NCBI GenBank assembly: GCA_020350885.1
Contig: CP070727.1
Span: 3,732,738 to 3,796,737, forward strand
Length of the DNA stretch: 64,000 bases
Direction of reading: 5' to 3'
From: a bacterium
GTDB lineage: Bacteria > Krumholzibacteriota > Krumholzibacteriia > Krumholzibacteriales > Krumholzibacteriaceae
Shown piece after piece: positions 8,646 to 18,845 of the stretch (within the stretch, counting starts at the first letter, position 1; the number at the start of each line of letters is the position of its first letter). Made by a program: the position numbers and the translations under genes. Under the pieces are notes generated by a model. That model was not told the DNA's origin, searched no databases, and worked only from the letters and a program-made list of their open reading frames with translations.

Positions 8646-10973
8646 ATGATAAAACGATTTGTCTGTATGATCGTACTCTGTTTGGCGGTGCAGGGACATG
8701 CGGAACCGACCGTGACCACGGTCGATCTTATCGCCGGGACCGGTGTCGGCGTAAATGCAGCAGGACCGCTACTCGTTCAGATGGACAACGAGCGGAACCG
8801 GCTCATCGTAGCAAATACACTCACCTCCTCACTGACCCTCATCGACGGAACGTCCCATGCTGTCCGAAATATCCCGATCGGCGGCCGGGCCCTGCAACAT
8901 CTCAAGACGGAGGCTATGACGGTACGGCGGAAAACGGGGGACATCTACCTGATCGGTGACGGTGCCGTTCATATCATCTTCCCGGATAGAAATACGTCGA
9001 GAACGATAGCTACCGAATTCCAATTCGAGTCTATCGCCGTGGATGAGGAGACGGGAAATGCCTTTATCGCCGGGAGGGAGAGCAAACACCTCGGCTTTTA
9101 CGATGCAAAACGTAAAAAGCTCCATATGCGGAAATGGCTCGACACACGGGAAGATCTCATCAACCTCAATGCAACTCCCCCGCCCCCGATCAGGAAGGTG
9201 GTAACGGATCGGAACCTGAACCGGGTCATCGCAGTTGACGGTACCGCGCCCGCGCTCCACCTATTCGATGCGAAAGACGGTACGACGGTCACTTCCCGTC
9301 CGTTGGACCTCGACGCCGGCGGGCGTTGGCACCTGGCCGGATACAATGACAAGACCCACCATCTCTACATAGTCGTGGAGACAGACCGCCGGAAGGTGAT
9401 TCAGGCGGCCAGAATCGACATCGTGGGTGGGGATGATACTATCGTACCCCTGCCCGAATACACCGAAGGCGTAGGTATCATTTACAATCCCGCCCGCGAA
9501 GAGGTCTACATTCCCTACGACAACCACCCGTCGGTTCATGTCGTTACATTCGCTGCGGGCGGATCCGTCGACGAGATCAAGATCCCCGCCTACGGCAACG
9601 ACGCCAGTGCGATCGATACCGAGCACGATCTGCTCTACATCGCAAGCTGGGCCTTCGGGGAGATCGACATCGTCGATTGTGCAAGCCGCACGCTCGTAAG
9701 GCGCATCCCGGGCCTGGGGATCATACCGCATATGTTCACGATGGCCTTCAATCCGAATGCCAATCGTCTCTACTTCCCCAAGGGAGCTACCGCCGTAAAC
9801 GGAACCTTCGGTTCCGCAATAACCGTTTTCGATCCTGAAAGCGGACGGACCGATAAGATCCACACTGGATGGGCCCCGATCGAGCTGATCGAGTTACCCG
9901 ATCGCAATTCGTTTCTCGTTTTCGGCTCGGAAGACCGTTTCGCCGAGGTGCATCCCGACGGACGATACGCGGTATACCGGCTTCCATTCGACTATCCCGT
10001 CAACGCGTGCCGCAGTCCCGGGGGGAATATCTATCTCTCGTACGGACCACATCAATCCTACTGGCCCACCGTCTATATTTGGGATGCGAAGAACGGTGTC
10101 CTTACAATCGACAAGGAAGACTTGAGCTTCTACGACCGACGCATTCCCCGGCAGGCTCATAAAATGGTACTGGACAGGAACGGAGTGCTCTATTTCACAC
10201 AGAACAATTGGGGCGGCGAACAGCAATTCCTGGGTATCCTCGAGGACGAGGTGCGCGTCTTCGAGGCAGGCAAACGGATCGCCCTCCCCGACACGGTCGA
10301 GCGCGAGATAACGCAACGGATTCTGCGCTACGATCGCAAGAGGCACCGGCTGTACCTCGTGCGGGTCGGCGAGCGTGACGAGGATCCCAGCATACTGCAG
10401 GTAATCGACCCGGAGGAGCAGAGCGTGATCGGCAGGATACCGCTCGGCCGAACGGCGACAGATCTCTGCTGCAACGATTCGCAACTCTTCATTGCCAATT
10501 TCGATTCGAAGAGCATCTCAGTAATAGACAAGACCGATTTCACCCTCTCGGAGATCGAAATGGAGGGGAAACCGCTCAAGCTCTGCCGCTGCGGGAGCAG
10601 GATGTACGTGATAGATCATACCGGCAACAAGCTGCGGAATCTCTCCGCAATCGATGCAACCTACACGATCCCCCATGAAGGACTGCCGGACAACATCTTC
10701 AACTGGAACGGAACGCCGGTCATCACCTCTCACAGCAGTGAACGATGCTACATTATACGATTTGATCCGGCGACCGAACGCTTCACGCTCATCCACGAGC
10801 ACCGATACCCATACGGTGACACCAGCTTCGATACGCGGAATATCTCCTTCTATGTGCGTGGACAGTTCGGGGATGCGATCTTCGAGATCACCAAGGGCAG
10901 GGTGGACACAGAGGGCAGGCTCTGGATAGTGGACTACCTCTCGGGAAAGCTCTTTATCGTTACCGGTTCGTGA
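8646..10973 (+). CDS. Secreted beta-propeller repeat protein (YVTN/NHL-like), function unknown
   Basis: 775 aa, signal peptide MIKRFVCMIVLCLAVQGHA, recurring NRLYxx/ hydrophobic-Asp repeat pattern consistent with multi-blade beta-propeller; RBS AAAGGAG upstream. Confidence 0.5.
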   Translation: MIKRFVCMIVLCLAVQGHAEPTVTTVDLIAGTGVGVNAAGPLLVQMDNERNRLIVANTLTSSLTLIDGTSHAVRNIPIGGRALQHLKTEAMTVRRKTGDIYLIGDGAVHIIFPDRNTSRTIATEFQFESIAVDEETGNAFIAGRESKHLGFYDAKRKKLHMRKWLDTREDLINLNATPPPPIRKVVTDRNLNRVIAVDGTAPALHLFDAKDGTTVTSRPLDLDAGGRWHLAGYNDKTHHLYIVVETDRRKVIQAARIDIVGGDDTIVPLPEYTEGVGIIYNPAREEVYIPYDNHPSVHVVTFAAGGSVDEIKIPAYGNDASAIDTEHDLLYIASWAFGEIDIVDCASRTLVRRIPGLGIIPHMFTMAFNPNANRLYFPKGATAVNGTFGSAITVFDPESGRTDKIHTGWAPIELIELPDRNSFLVFGSEDRFAEVHPDGRYAVYRLPFDYPVNACRSPGGNIYLSYGPHQSYWPTVYIWDAKNGVLTIDKEDLSFYDRRIPRQAHKMVLDRNGVLYFTQNNWGGEQQFLGILEDEVRVFEAGKRIALPDTVEREITQRILRYDRKRHRLYLVRVGERDEDPSILQVIDPEEQSVIGRIPLGRTATDLCCNDSQLFIANFDSKSISVIDKTDFTLSEIEMEGKPLKLCRCGSRMYVIDHTGNKLRNLSAIDATYTIPHEGLPDNIFNWNGTPVITSHSSERCYIIRFDPATERFTLIHEHRYPYGDTSFDTRNISFYVRGQFGDAIFEITKGRVDTEGRLWIVDYLSGKLFIVTGS

Positions 10974-11014
10974 GGATGGGTCCGCTCGTCGGCAGCGTAT
11001 ATGTGCTAAAGGTC

Positions 11015-11842
11015 TTACGGGACGACAAACTCCAGCTTGAATCCAAGCACTCCGTCGACATCATCGCTCAATACATCCTTCAGGTACAGCATGTAGAAAA
11101 TCCCCGGCCGCAAGGGAATTCCGGTGTACTGGGCCCCGAAGGCCAGTGAATGATAGAAGCGATCGCCGAAGTCGACGAAATCCCCGCTCAGCCATACGAG
11201 CCCTGTCAGTTCGAAGAGGAAGGCGAATCCCGAAGTACTCACCCCACCCGTGAGGCCGTAACGGGCGAACATATCCGTATCCCTGTACTCTTGATCCTCT
11301 GTAGGAATTAATATATTCGCACCGGCCTCGATCCCGAAAATGGCACCTTCCAGAGTATTGAAGCGCACCGATTGATTCACGTACGCCGTTAGGGTGTGTG
11401 GGATATATTTCTGAAATTCATGGTAGTTCGAAAACATCCCGATTATATTGGCATCCCACTTGTTCTCCCCTGCCGTTGGTATAAAAAGGCCGACTGTAAA
11501 AGCGGAGGTTCGTATGTCCGAACTCCCTATGTGTGCCTGCAGTCCGAGAAAGATGTTTCCGATACCGCTCTCGCGGTCCCAGCCCTCGGCCGCAATGGTG
11601 GAAAACGGAAGTGATGCGAGTATTGCGGTTGACGGGGATAACGGAAGGGTGAAAGAGAGATCGAAGGCGCCCGACATTGCTGAAAGGTCGACGCCATCAA
11701 CGGCTGGCCGCATGAACCGCACACCGATCCGTGGCCTGTCTCCTGCGATATCCCTCATGATGAACGACTGCGCCATCACGTGGGACGATCCCAGAAGTAC
11801 GGTGATGAACAGTGGTACGACGAGACAACGTACGGACTTCAT
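11015..11842 (-). CDS. Outer-membrane beta-barrel-like protein (hypothetical)
   Basis: 275 aa, signal peptide, alternating hydrophobic pattern, aromatic-rich C-terminus; last gene of polyphosphate operon. Confidence 0.4.
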   Translation of the reverse strand: MKSVRCLVVPLFITVLLGSSHVMAQSFIMRDIAGDRPRIGVRFMRPAVDGVDLSAMSGAFDLSFTLPLSPSTAILASLPFSTIAAEGWDRESGIGNIFLGLQAHIGSSDIRTSAFTVGLFIPTAGENKWDANIIGMFSNYHEFQKYIPHTLTAYVNQSVRFNTLEGAIFGIEAGANILIPTEDQEYRDTDMFARYGLTGGVSTSGFAFLFELTGLVWLSGDFVDFGDRFYHSLAFGAQYTGIPLRPGIFYMLYLKDVLSDDVDGVLGFKLEFVVP

Positions 11843-11861
11843 ACAAACCTCCCTGCAGGTG

Positions 11862-13478
11862 TTATTGACCCCCAGTGTCGCCTTTCCGATGCAATATGGT
11901 CAAGAGATTCCCGCTGGTCGAATCGGTATCGAACAATTTCCAGATCTCCACAAATTGTGCCTGCTTGGTGCGTGCGATCTCGCTCTGGAGCTGGTAGATC
12001 TCCCCGAGCATGAATAGCAGTTTCGGCTCCACCACCTTACCATCCCATTCAGAGCGGATGTAGTCGATGAAGTTGCGGGTGAATACGGTGTCCTGGAGCT
12101 CGCCGAGACAGTCCTGGATCTTTACCGTTTCCCGGATGAATTCCTGTAGGGCCTTCCCGTAGGCGGGAGATACGAACTCGCAGGCATAGCGGAGCTTCTT
12201 TACCTGGATCCTCAGATTGTGGAAGTTCTTCAGTTTCGGTTTCTCGATGACCTTCCGCCCCTGCTTCAATACCGACCTATGTTTCTCGAGTATTATCTCC
12301 GGGGCGCCGTCCTGCAACATGCGTAGAGCAAGCGGTGCTGCCGGGCGCTTCGGAAGCGGTCTTTTGATATAGGCCGACATCCGTGTGCGGAATCTCTTCA
12401 ACCTCTGTGATACGAGCGCATTCCGCAGGTTTTCGAGATGCACTGAGCGATGATCCGCGATCCAGTCTTCCAGTATCTTACGGTGCCTTGCGGAGGATGA
12501 TTCTATCATCTTCTCGAACTTGTTGAAGTTCAGGAGAAATACGTCCAGATCCCGTACATGACCGAAGACCGTTCCGAGCCACTTCAACTCGTTTGCAAAG
12601 AAGCCGGCCGTACCCTTGGGCAGCGTACCCTTGAAGAGCCTGAGCGCCGAGCGCATTCGCCTGGTCGAGACGCGGGCCTGGTGAACGAATTCCGTATCCA
12701 CATCCAGGTGAACTCCGGGCAGGTATTCTTCGAAGCGTTCCATATGGAACTGGAGTATCTTCTTAACGGCTAGATCGAACCGGTCGTCCAGCTTCACCCG
12801 CAATCTAGACGGTGGTCTCTTGGAGACGATGTGTACCTTCAGGCGCTCCATCGCCGTCTCGAGCTTGGATTGAGTCGAGGGAAGATACCCGAATTGCTGA
12901 ACGATGAGCTCGGATAGATCCCCGAGCGATTGTGGGAGCCCCTTCTTGAGCTCGGCCTCCATTTCGTACAGCCTCGGCACCTTTCGTCCCTTGTTGAATC
13001 CCTTCGCCAGGAAACTCGACACATCGAATGCCAGCTCGATTCGATCCCCCGAGGGGCACACGAGCTCGTAGAGCTGCCGGTTGGTTTTTATCAGTATCTG
13101 CTCCACGAGGCTGCGCGGATAAATCTGGTCGTAGACGAATTTCTTGATTTTCTTCGCAGTGATATCGGTTGGGGTGGTTACCGGTCTGCGGGATACTATC
13201 TCCATCTCGTGCCTATCGGCCAAACCCCTCTCCATCGAACCGATGCTTTTCAGTGTATATATCTCCTTGCCGTCCGATCGGCGCAGGCGGAGCGCGTAAT
13301 TGTTCCTGAACAGGGTCCACTCGAACGAGTCCATGTACAGATCCTCGTTGAGTACCTTTTTACCGAGCTTCAGGCGGTACCCCTTCGAATCAAGAAATCC
13401 GACTATCAATTGTTGTGCGTCCGGAACGGGGAGCTGCAGTTTCAGTTCGATTTCCCTCGCTCCTGGTTCACTCTTCAT
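11862..13478 (-). CDS. CYTH-domain (triphosphate tunnel metalloenzyme) + CHAD-domain protein
   Basis: 538 aa; N-terminal EIELKL (ExExK CYTH signature) followed by long helical His/Arg-rich region typical of CHAD; 4-nt overlap with the upstream metallophosphoesterase gene. Confidence 0.65.
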   Translation of the reverse strand: MKSEPGAREIELKLQLPVPDAQQLIVGFLDSKGYRLKLGKKVLNEDLYMDSFEWTLFRNNYALRLRRSDGKEIYTLKSIGSMERGLADRHEMEIVSRRPVTTPTDITAKKIKKFVYDQIYPRSLVEQILIKTNRQLYELVCPSGDRIELAFDVSSFLAKGFNKGRKVPRLYEMEAELKKGLPQSLGDLSELIVQQFGYLPSTQSKLETAMERLKVHIVSKRPPSRLRVKLDDRFDLAVKKILQFHMERFEEYLPGVHLDVDTEFVHQARVSTRRMRSALRLFKGTLPKGTAGFFANELKWLGTVFGHVRDLDVFLLNFNKFEKMIESSSARHRKILEDWIADHRSVHLENLRNALVSQRLKRFRTRMSAYIKRPLPKRPAAPLALRMLQDGAPEIILEKHRSVLKQGRKVIEKPKLKNFHNLRIQVKKLRYACEFVSPAYGKALQEFIRETVKIQDCLGELQDTVFTRNFIDYIRSEWDGKVVEPKLLFMLGEIYQLQSEIARTKQAQFVEIWKLFDTDSTSGNLLTILHRKGDTGGQ

Positions 13479-14209
13479 GGTGTTTCCCTCTTCTTATTCC
13501 CCTCGCTGAAATCCTTGAGCAAGCGATTCGGTAGCGATGAATTCTCGATGGCTGCAAGTACCTGCTCGACCGGGTACTCGAACCGAACGATTCGTGCGGA
13601 TGGCTTGGATGCTTTTTCAATACGTACGAGCGCATATGCAGGCCGGGGATCACCGTCGACCGGATGCCCGGCCGATCCACAATTAACAACCAGAGTGTTT
13701 GAAATCCTTTTCACAAAAGGAATATGTATATGCCCGCATACGAGGATGTGCGGCGGTTTGCAATTCATCTTTTTCCTCAAGGCGGCAGGGGTGATACTCG
13801 GTAGAATCGTGTCGTTCTCCGAGATCGGACTTCCATGGACCATCATGAGGTCCACACGGCCGTAGACTTGCTCCCGAAACGCCTCGGGAAGCTTTCCGAG
13901 GTATCTGCGTCCCTTTGCCCCGATCTGGTCCCGGGTCCAGTCGAGTATCTTCCATTTGTAGGGTTTCATCTTTTTTCGTAATGACTGCATTGCATTCTTT
14001 CCCCGGAGTAGCTTGCGGTCGTAATTGCCTATGACAGTCGGTATCCTGCGACTCTTTACAAAGTCTACAACCTCTGCGGGAAAGGGTCCGTATCCCGTTA
14101 GATCGCCTGCACAGAAGATTTTCCGTGCTCCCTTCGCCTTCGCATCCTTTACAGCCGCTTCGAGGGCGGGGTAATTCCCATGGATATCTGATACAATCGC
14201 AATCAGCAT
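13475..14209 (-). CDS. Calcineurin-like metallophosphoesterase (YfcE/MPP family)
   Basis: MLIAIVSDIHGN (DxH motif I), GDLTGYG (GD motif II), GNYD (GNH(D/E)-like motif III), VCGHIH (GHxH); start placed at MLIAIV (ORF track extends to 14275). Confidence 0.65.
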   Translation of the reverse strand: MLIAIVSDIHGNYPALEAAVKDAKAKGARKIFCAGDLTGYGPFPAEVVDFVKSRRIPTVIGNYDRKLLRGKNAMQSLRKKMKPYKWKILDWTRDQIGAKGRRYLGKLPEAFREQVYGRVDLMMVHGSPISENDTILPSITPAALRKKMNCKPPHILVCGHIHIPFVKRISNTLVVNCGSAGHPVDGDPRPAYALVRIEKASKPSARIVRFEYPVEQVLAAIENSSLPNRLLKDFSEGNKKRETP

Positions 14210-14799
14210 ACCTTGAATACGAGTTTCTTCCCTAGTTTCCGCTCCAGGAGCTGTGCCTTCCTCTCGGCACCCCACACTTCCGTATCACACCGCGTCTTGG
14301 TTTCCAGACATAATGTCACCTCGTCCCGTGAAATACGGCATGTGATATTCTGGACGCAATTGAAGTGACTCCGGTCGAGACCATCGGCGACACGCAGTAT
14401 ACCTGCGAGCCATTCTACGATGTTGCGCTTTTTCTGAGGGAGGGCGGCGAACGGTTTGTGCCGATCCGGATCGGGCTCCGCCTTTCGATGGAAACGCGCA
14501 ACGAGTGCGCATACCGCCCGGTCCGGCTCCGGCAGCCCGGGTATAACCGATTCCATGATCATATCGTAACTGTGCTTGTGATGCTTGCTCGTCATCGTAC
14601 GCGCCCAGCCGATATCATGGAGGAACGCCGCAATCCGGAGAAGATCCCGCTCATGCGTGCAGAATCGATGTAACTTTTGTAATCCGTCGAAAAGCACCAC
14701 CGCGAGCTTCGCCACCTGACTCGCATGATCCGGATCCGGATCGTTTCGTTCTGTGATATCGATGACCTTATCGAGAACCGTTCGATGCATCCCCGTCAC
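14203..14799 (-). CDS. HD-domain phosphohydrolase (resembles stand-alone C-terminal HD domain of Ppx/GppA)
   Basis: 198 aa; H...HD metal-binding pattern (HASQVAKLAVVLF ... AAFLHDIGW), later Asp; sits between ppk1 and metallophosphoesterase. Confidence 0.55.
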   Translation of the reverse strand: MTGMHRTVLDKVIDITERNDPDPDHASQVAKLAVVLFDGLQKLHRFCTHERDLLRIAAFLHDIGWARTMTSKHHKHSYDMIMESVIPGLPEPDRAVCALVARFHRKAEPDPDRHKPFAALPQKKRNIVEWLAGILRVADGLDRSHFNCVQNITCRISRDEVTLCLETKTRCDTEVWGAERKAQLLERKLGKKLVFKVC

Positions 14800-14858
14800 A
14801 ATCCCCGTTCAGCGGCTTCCGGCAAACGCCCCCCGGTATCGGCACGCTCACAAAAGAC

Positions 14859-17078
14859 TTACCGCTTTTTCTTCCGCCTTTTCTTTCCGATCCGCCGGAC
14901 GAGCTCCTCGTATGGAGGAGATTTCACTCCACCCTTTCTGGCAATCGCGATCAACCGCTCCTGGCTCCGAACCGTCCCGGTATCCTTATCCCGCTCCACC
15001 CTCACATAACTTCCGTCGGACTGCATGATCCTGGCCTTGGTATTATCACTGAGGTAGGTCATCAGGATCTCGTCTATGAGCCTCGTTTTGATCGTCGTGT
15101 CCTCTATAGGGTAGAGTATCTCGGCGCGCCGCTTGAAATTCCTCGGCATCCAATCGGCACTTCCCGAGAAGATTTCCGGCTCGCCCCCGTTGTGAAAGTA
15201 GTAGATCCTGGTGTGTTCGAGGAACCGGTCGAGGATACTGATCACCTTTATATGTTCGCTGATACCCGGAAGTCCCGGACGAAGACAGCATATGCCCCGA
15301 ACGATCAAATCGATACGCACGCCTGCCTGCGATGCCTTGTAGAGCATTCGAATCGTCTTCGCATCGACGAGCGCATTCATCTTTGCAATGATCCGACCTG
15401 GATTCTTCGGCTTGGATTTTGCAATCTCACGCTCGATCAATTGGTGTATCTTGAGCTGGGTGTTCACCGGGGATAGTGAAACCTTCTCGAACATGGAAAC
15501 GACGGTCTCCGGCTTGAACATCTCGCTGCCCGTCCATGAGTTGAAACCGGTGATAACGTTGAAGAGCGCCGAAACGTCGTTGCCGAATACCGGATCGGCT
15601 GTGAACAACCCCAAATCGGTGTACAGTTTCGCAGTTTCCGAGTTGTAATTACCGGTCGAGAGATGAACGTAACGGCGGAGGATCCGTCCTTCGCGTCTTA
15701 CAACCAGTGTCGCTTTACAGTGTGTCTTCCAGGTCACGAATCCATAGACCGGATTGACACCGACCTCCTCCATCTGCCGGGCGAAGTCGATGTTCGACTC
15801 CTCGTCGAAGCGCGCCTTGAGCTCGACAACAGCGGTCACCTGCTTTCCGCTCTCTGCCGCCCGCCGGAGTGCATGGATGACGGGCGAATCCTTATCGACG
15901 CGATAGAGTGTTTGCTTTATCGCAAGGACGTCGGGATCATCGGCGGCGGCATTGAGGAAATCAACCACGACTGCGAACGAATCGTACGGATGGTGCAGGA
16001 GGATATCCCCTTCACGGATCACGGTGAAGATATCCTTATCGGTATCGAAGCGCCTCGGGATGCGGGGATTGAATGGTGGATCCTTGTGTATCGGATCGAC
16101 GGGCAGGCTGTAGAGGTCCATAAACGACCTGAGATTGAGCGGACCGGGGATATGGTAGACATGTGCCCGGTCCATATCCAGCTGCTCACATAGAATATCC
16201 AGTATGCTGTCGGGAGCACCTTTCATTATCTCGAGTCGTACAGCGATCTTGTTTGATCTATCCTTGAGCTCTGCCTCGACCGATTTCAAGAGATCGCTCA
16301 CTTCATCCTCATGCAAGTCGTAATCCTGGTTCCTGGTAATCCTGAACGGCACTACACACTTGATCTTCATTCCTGGAAAGAGGCTACCGATGTTGGCCGT
16401 GATCAGATCCTCGAGAAGGATGAAATGATGACCCTTGAGCTTCTTGTTTACCGGAATCAGTCTCGGCAGCACCGTGGGTACTTCGACGAATGCATATGCC
16501 TTTGGTTTCTTGTTCTCGATGTATTCCTTGAAGACGACCATGAGGTTCAGCTTTAGATTAGCGAGGAATGGAAACGGGTGTCCTGCATCCACGGCAAGCG
16601 GTGTGAGAATCGGGAAAACCTGTTTCTTGAAATACGAATTGAGGCGCTGGATCTCCTTGGAATCGAGCGATGAAATGTCATGAATTTCGATTCCGGCCTT
16701 CTTGAGCTCCGTAAGCACGATTCGATTGAAACACCTGTACTGCTCATTGACGTACCTGCGCGACGTATCGAGAATCTCTCCGAGCTGCCGCATCGGTGTT
16801 CTCCCGCTTGAATCGGTGTCTTCGACATCGGCCTGAACGAGCCGGCAGAGTCCGCCCACGCGTACCATGAAGAATTCATCGAGATTGGAGCTGAAGATCG
16901 AAATGAACTTCACCCTGTCGAGTGCGGGGGTTGTGTTGTCTTCGGCCTCTTCGAGAACCCTGCGGTTGAATTCCAGCCAGGAAAGCTCGCGGTTTATATA
17001 CAACGAGGGATCCTTCAGGTTGATCTCGCCTTTCTTCTTGGAGGACTCAGTATCACCCTTGGCATTCATTACTGTCAC
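14859..17078 (-). CDS. ppk: Polyphosphate kinase 1 (PPK1)
   Basis: 739 aa; N-terminal LYINRELSWLEFNRRVLEEA, FISIFSSNLDEFFMVRV, and C-terminal PLD-like HxK regions characteristic of PPK1; size and order of domains match PPK1. Confidence 0.9.
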   Translation of the reverse strand: MTVMNAKGDTESSKKKGEINLKDPSLYINRELSWLEFNRRVLEEAEDNTTPALDRVKFISIFSSNLDEFFMVRVGGLCRLVQADVEDTDSSGRTPMRQLGEILDTSRRYVNEQYRCFNRIVLTELKKAGIEIHDISSLDSKEIQRLNSYFKKQVFPILTPLAVDAGHPFPFLANLKLNLMVVFKEYIENKKPKAYAFVEVPTVLPRLIPVNKKLKGHHFILLEDLITANIGSLFPGMKIKCVVPFRITRNQDYDLHEDEVSDLLKSVEAELKDRSNKIAVRLEIMKGAPDSILDILCEQLDMDRAHVYHIPGPLNLRSFMDLYSLPVDPIHKDPPFNPRIPRRFDTDKDIFTVIREGDILLHHPYDSFAVVVDFLNAAADDPDVLAIKQTLYRVDKDSPVIHALRRAAESGKQVTAVVELKARFDEESNIDFARQMEEVGVNPVYGFVTWKTHCKATLVVRREGRILRRYVHLSTGNYNSETAKLYTDLGLFTADPVFGNDVSALFNVITGFNSWTGSEMFKPETVVSMFEKVSLSPVNTQLKIHQLIEREIAKSKPKNPGRIIAKMNALVDAKTIRMLYKASQAGVRIDLIVRGICCLRPGLPGISEHIKVISILDRFLEHTRIYYFHNGGEPEIFSGSADWMPRNFKRRAEILYPIEDTTIKTRLIDEILMTYLSDNTKARIMQSDGSYVRVERDKDTGTVRSQERLIAIARKGGVKSPPYEELVRRIGKKRRKKKR

Positions 17079-17118
17079 TCCCCAGGTATACCACCTGCCT
17101 TGATCGGTCAGGCATTCT

Positions 17119-18669
17119 CTATTCCTTATTGTCCTTCTTTTTCTTTTGCTGCATCAATGATTCGAACTCAGGCAGTTTCCGAGAAACCACATCGTTAAAT
17201 GTCTCTATCACCTTGGTCCGTGAATACAACTTGTTGTTGGATTCGACGACCGTCCATGGTGCGTAGGTCGTCGAGGTTTTCTGAATCATATCCGCTACGG
17301 CCATCTCGTAATCTTCCCATTTCTCGCGGTTCCGCCAGTCCTCGTCGGTGATCTTCCACCGCTTGTACGACACACTTTCACGGCGTTTGAACCGCTTCAA
17401 CTGCTCTTCCTTGTCGATGTGAAGCCAGAACTTGATTATGACAAATCCGGAGTTCGTGAGCATCTTCTCGAATTCATTTATCTCCTTGTATGCCCGCTGC
17501 CACTCCTCGGTCGTACAGAACTGCTCGACGCGTTCCACGAGGACCCTGCCGTACCAGCTTCTATCGAATATCGTCAGAAATCCCGCTTTCGGAACATTCA
17601 GCCAAAAACGCCAGAGATAGTGGTGGGCCTTCTCCTCACGTGTCGGAGCAGGTGTCGTTACCACCTCGAACCTGCGGGTATCAAGAGGGGCCAGTAGCCT
17701 TTTTATGGCACCGCCTTTTCCGGCCGCATCCCAACCCTCGAAGACAATAATCGTTCCCACCTTATTGAGGAACATACCGTGGTGTACCCGCCGGGCGATC
17801 TTCTGTAGGTGGTCAAGTTTCTCCCTATACACATCCACCGTCAGCTTCTTTGACAGGTCGAACCGCTTGAGGAACCGCTCACTCTTGAGCACGATTGTCT
17901 TGTAGTTGTTCGGATCGACGGGAAGACCGTAGGAAGGTTTGATCTTCTTTTTTTTCTCGTACCTGCCGAGGGCCTCTTCCATCGCGTGAGCGAGGGTTTC
18001 ATAGATCTTGAGGCGTCCGAAATATTTGCATTCGGCCTCGACGATCGTCCACGGGGCTCTCGGGTTTGATGTCTTTTGCAGCATTTCCTCCACAGCGTCT
18101 GCGTATTTCTTGTACTTCTTGTTGTTGCTCCAGTTCTCCGGTTTGACTTTCCAGGATTCGAGTGGATCATTTTCCATCTTCCTGAGCCGGCTTTTCTGTT
18201 CCTTCTTGCTTATATGAAGCCAGAACTTGACCAGGACATAACCGTCTTCGATGAGTTGACGCTCGAAGGCGACTATATCGTCGAAGGCTTCCTTCCATTC
18301 TCGTTCCGGTATAACCTTCTCGACGCGTTCCACGAGCAACCGCCCGTACCACGATCTTATAAAGATACCTATGAATCCCCTGTGAGGCATTCTGATAGCG
18401 TACCGCCAGAGAAAGGGCCGCGCCTTCGCGTCCTCCTTCGGCGCACCGATAGCATACACCTTGAAACCTCTCGGATCGATGAGCCGCATCAAACGGTTCA
18501 CGGCGCCGTCCTTGCCGCTTGCATCCCACCCTTCGAAGACGACGACGATCGGGATACCCGCTTGGCGACAGCGCTGCTGCAGCTCATTGAGGCGGTGGCC
18601 CAGTGGTTCGAGAAGCTCGTGGTATTCCGCCTTGGCAAGACTCAACGATAAATCGACCTGTTCGAGCAT
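17119..18669 (-). CDS. Two-domain PPK2 (tandem polyphosphate kinase 2 domains; polyphosphate:AMP phosphotransferase-like)
   Basis: Two repeats of PPK2 core: VVFEGWDASGKDG / IVFEGWDAAGKGG Walker-A-like motifs each followed by FxRSWY and lid regions; start placed at MLEQV (18669); ORF track extends to 18798. Confidence 0.8.
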   Translation of the reverse strand: MLEQVDLSLSLAKAEYHELLEPLGHRLNELQQRCRQAGIPIVVVFEGWDASGKDGAVNRLMRLIDPRGFKVYAIGAPKEDAKARPFLWRYAIRMPHRGFIGIFIRSWYGRLLVERVEKVIPEREWKEAFDDIVAFERQLIEDGYVLVKFWLHISKKEQKSRLRKMENDPLESWKVKPENWSNNKKYKKYADAVEEMLQKTSNPRAPWTIVEAECKYFGRLKIYETLAHAMEEALGRYEKKKKIKPSYGLPVDPNNYKTIVLKSERFLKRFDLSKKLTVDVYREKLDHLQKIARRVHHGMFLNKVGTIIVFEGWDAAGKGGAIKRLLAPLDTRRFEVVTTPAPTREEKAHHYLWRFWLNVPKAGFLTIFDRSWYGRVLVERVEQFCTTEEWQRAYKEINEFEKMLTNSGFVIIKFWLHIDKEEQLKRFKRRESVSYKRWKITDEDWRNREKWEDYEMAVADMIQKTSTTYAPWTVVESNNKLYSRTKVIETFNDVVSRKLPEFESLMQQKKKKDNKE

Positions 18670-18845
18670 ATATTCCCGTGCCTCCCCTGGAATAGTGTTC
18701 GGTGAGCATCTTTCGGGCCAGCCTGTGGGAAGGATAAGATTATATGATATAACCTCATGGGCAGCAAGCATTAAGTTGGCAATGCATCCGGCCTCCATGT
18801 GATTTTTTTATCCAATATCGCAGGAAAATACTGCATCATTCGAAG

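Noticed and set aside
8219-8959. 246-aa plus-strand ORF overlapping the methyltransferase and beta-propeller genes
   Set aside because: It lies antisense to the MTase with a frame-shifted overlap and has Arg/His-rich composition. The real plus-strand gene starts at 8646 with its own RBS and signal peptide.
17119-18798. Longer N-terminal extension of the PPK2 ORF (start at 18798)
   Set aside because: The PPK2 domain alignment begins about 30 aa before the first Walker-like motif. The extra 43 codons have no PPK2 similarity, and an internal Met at 18669 has a purine-rich RBS. The longer start cannot be fully excluded.
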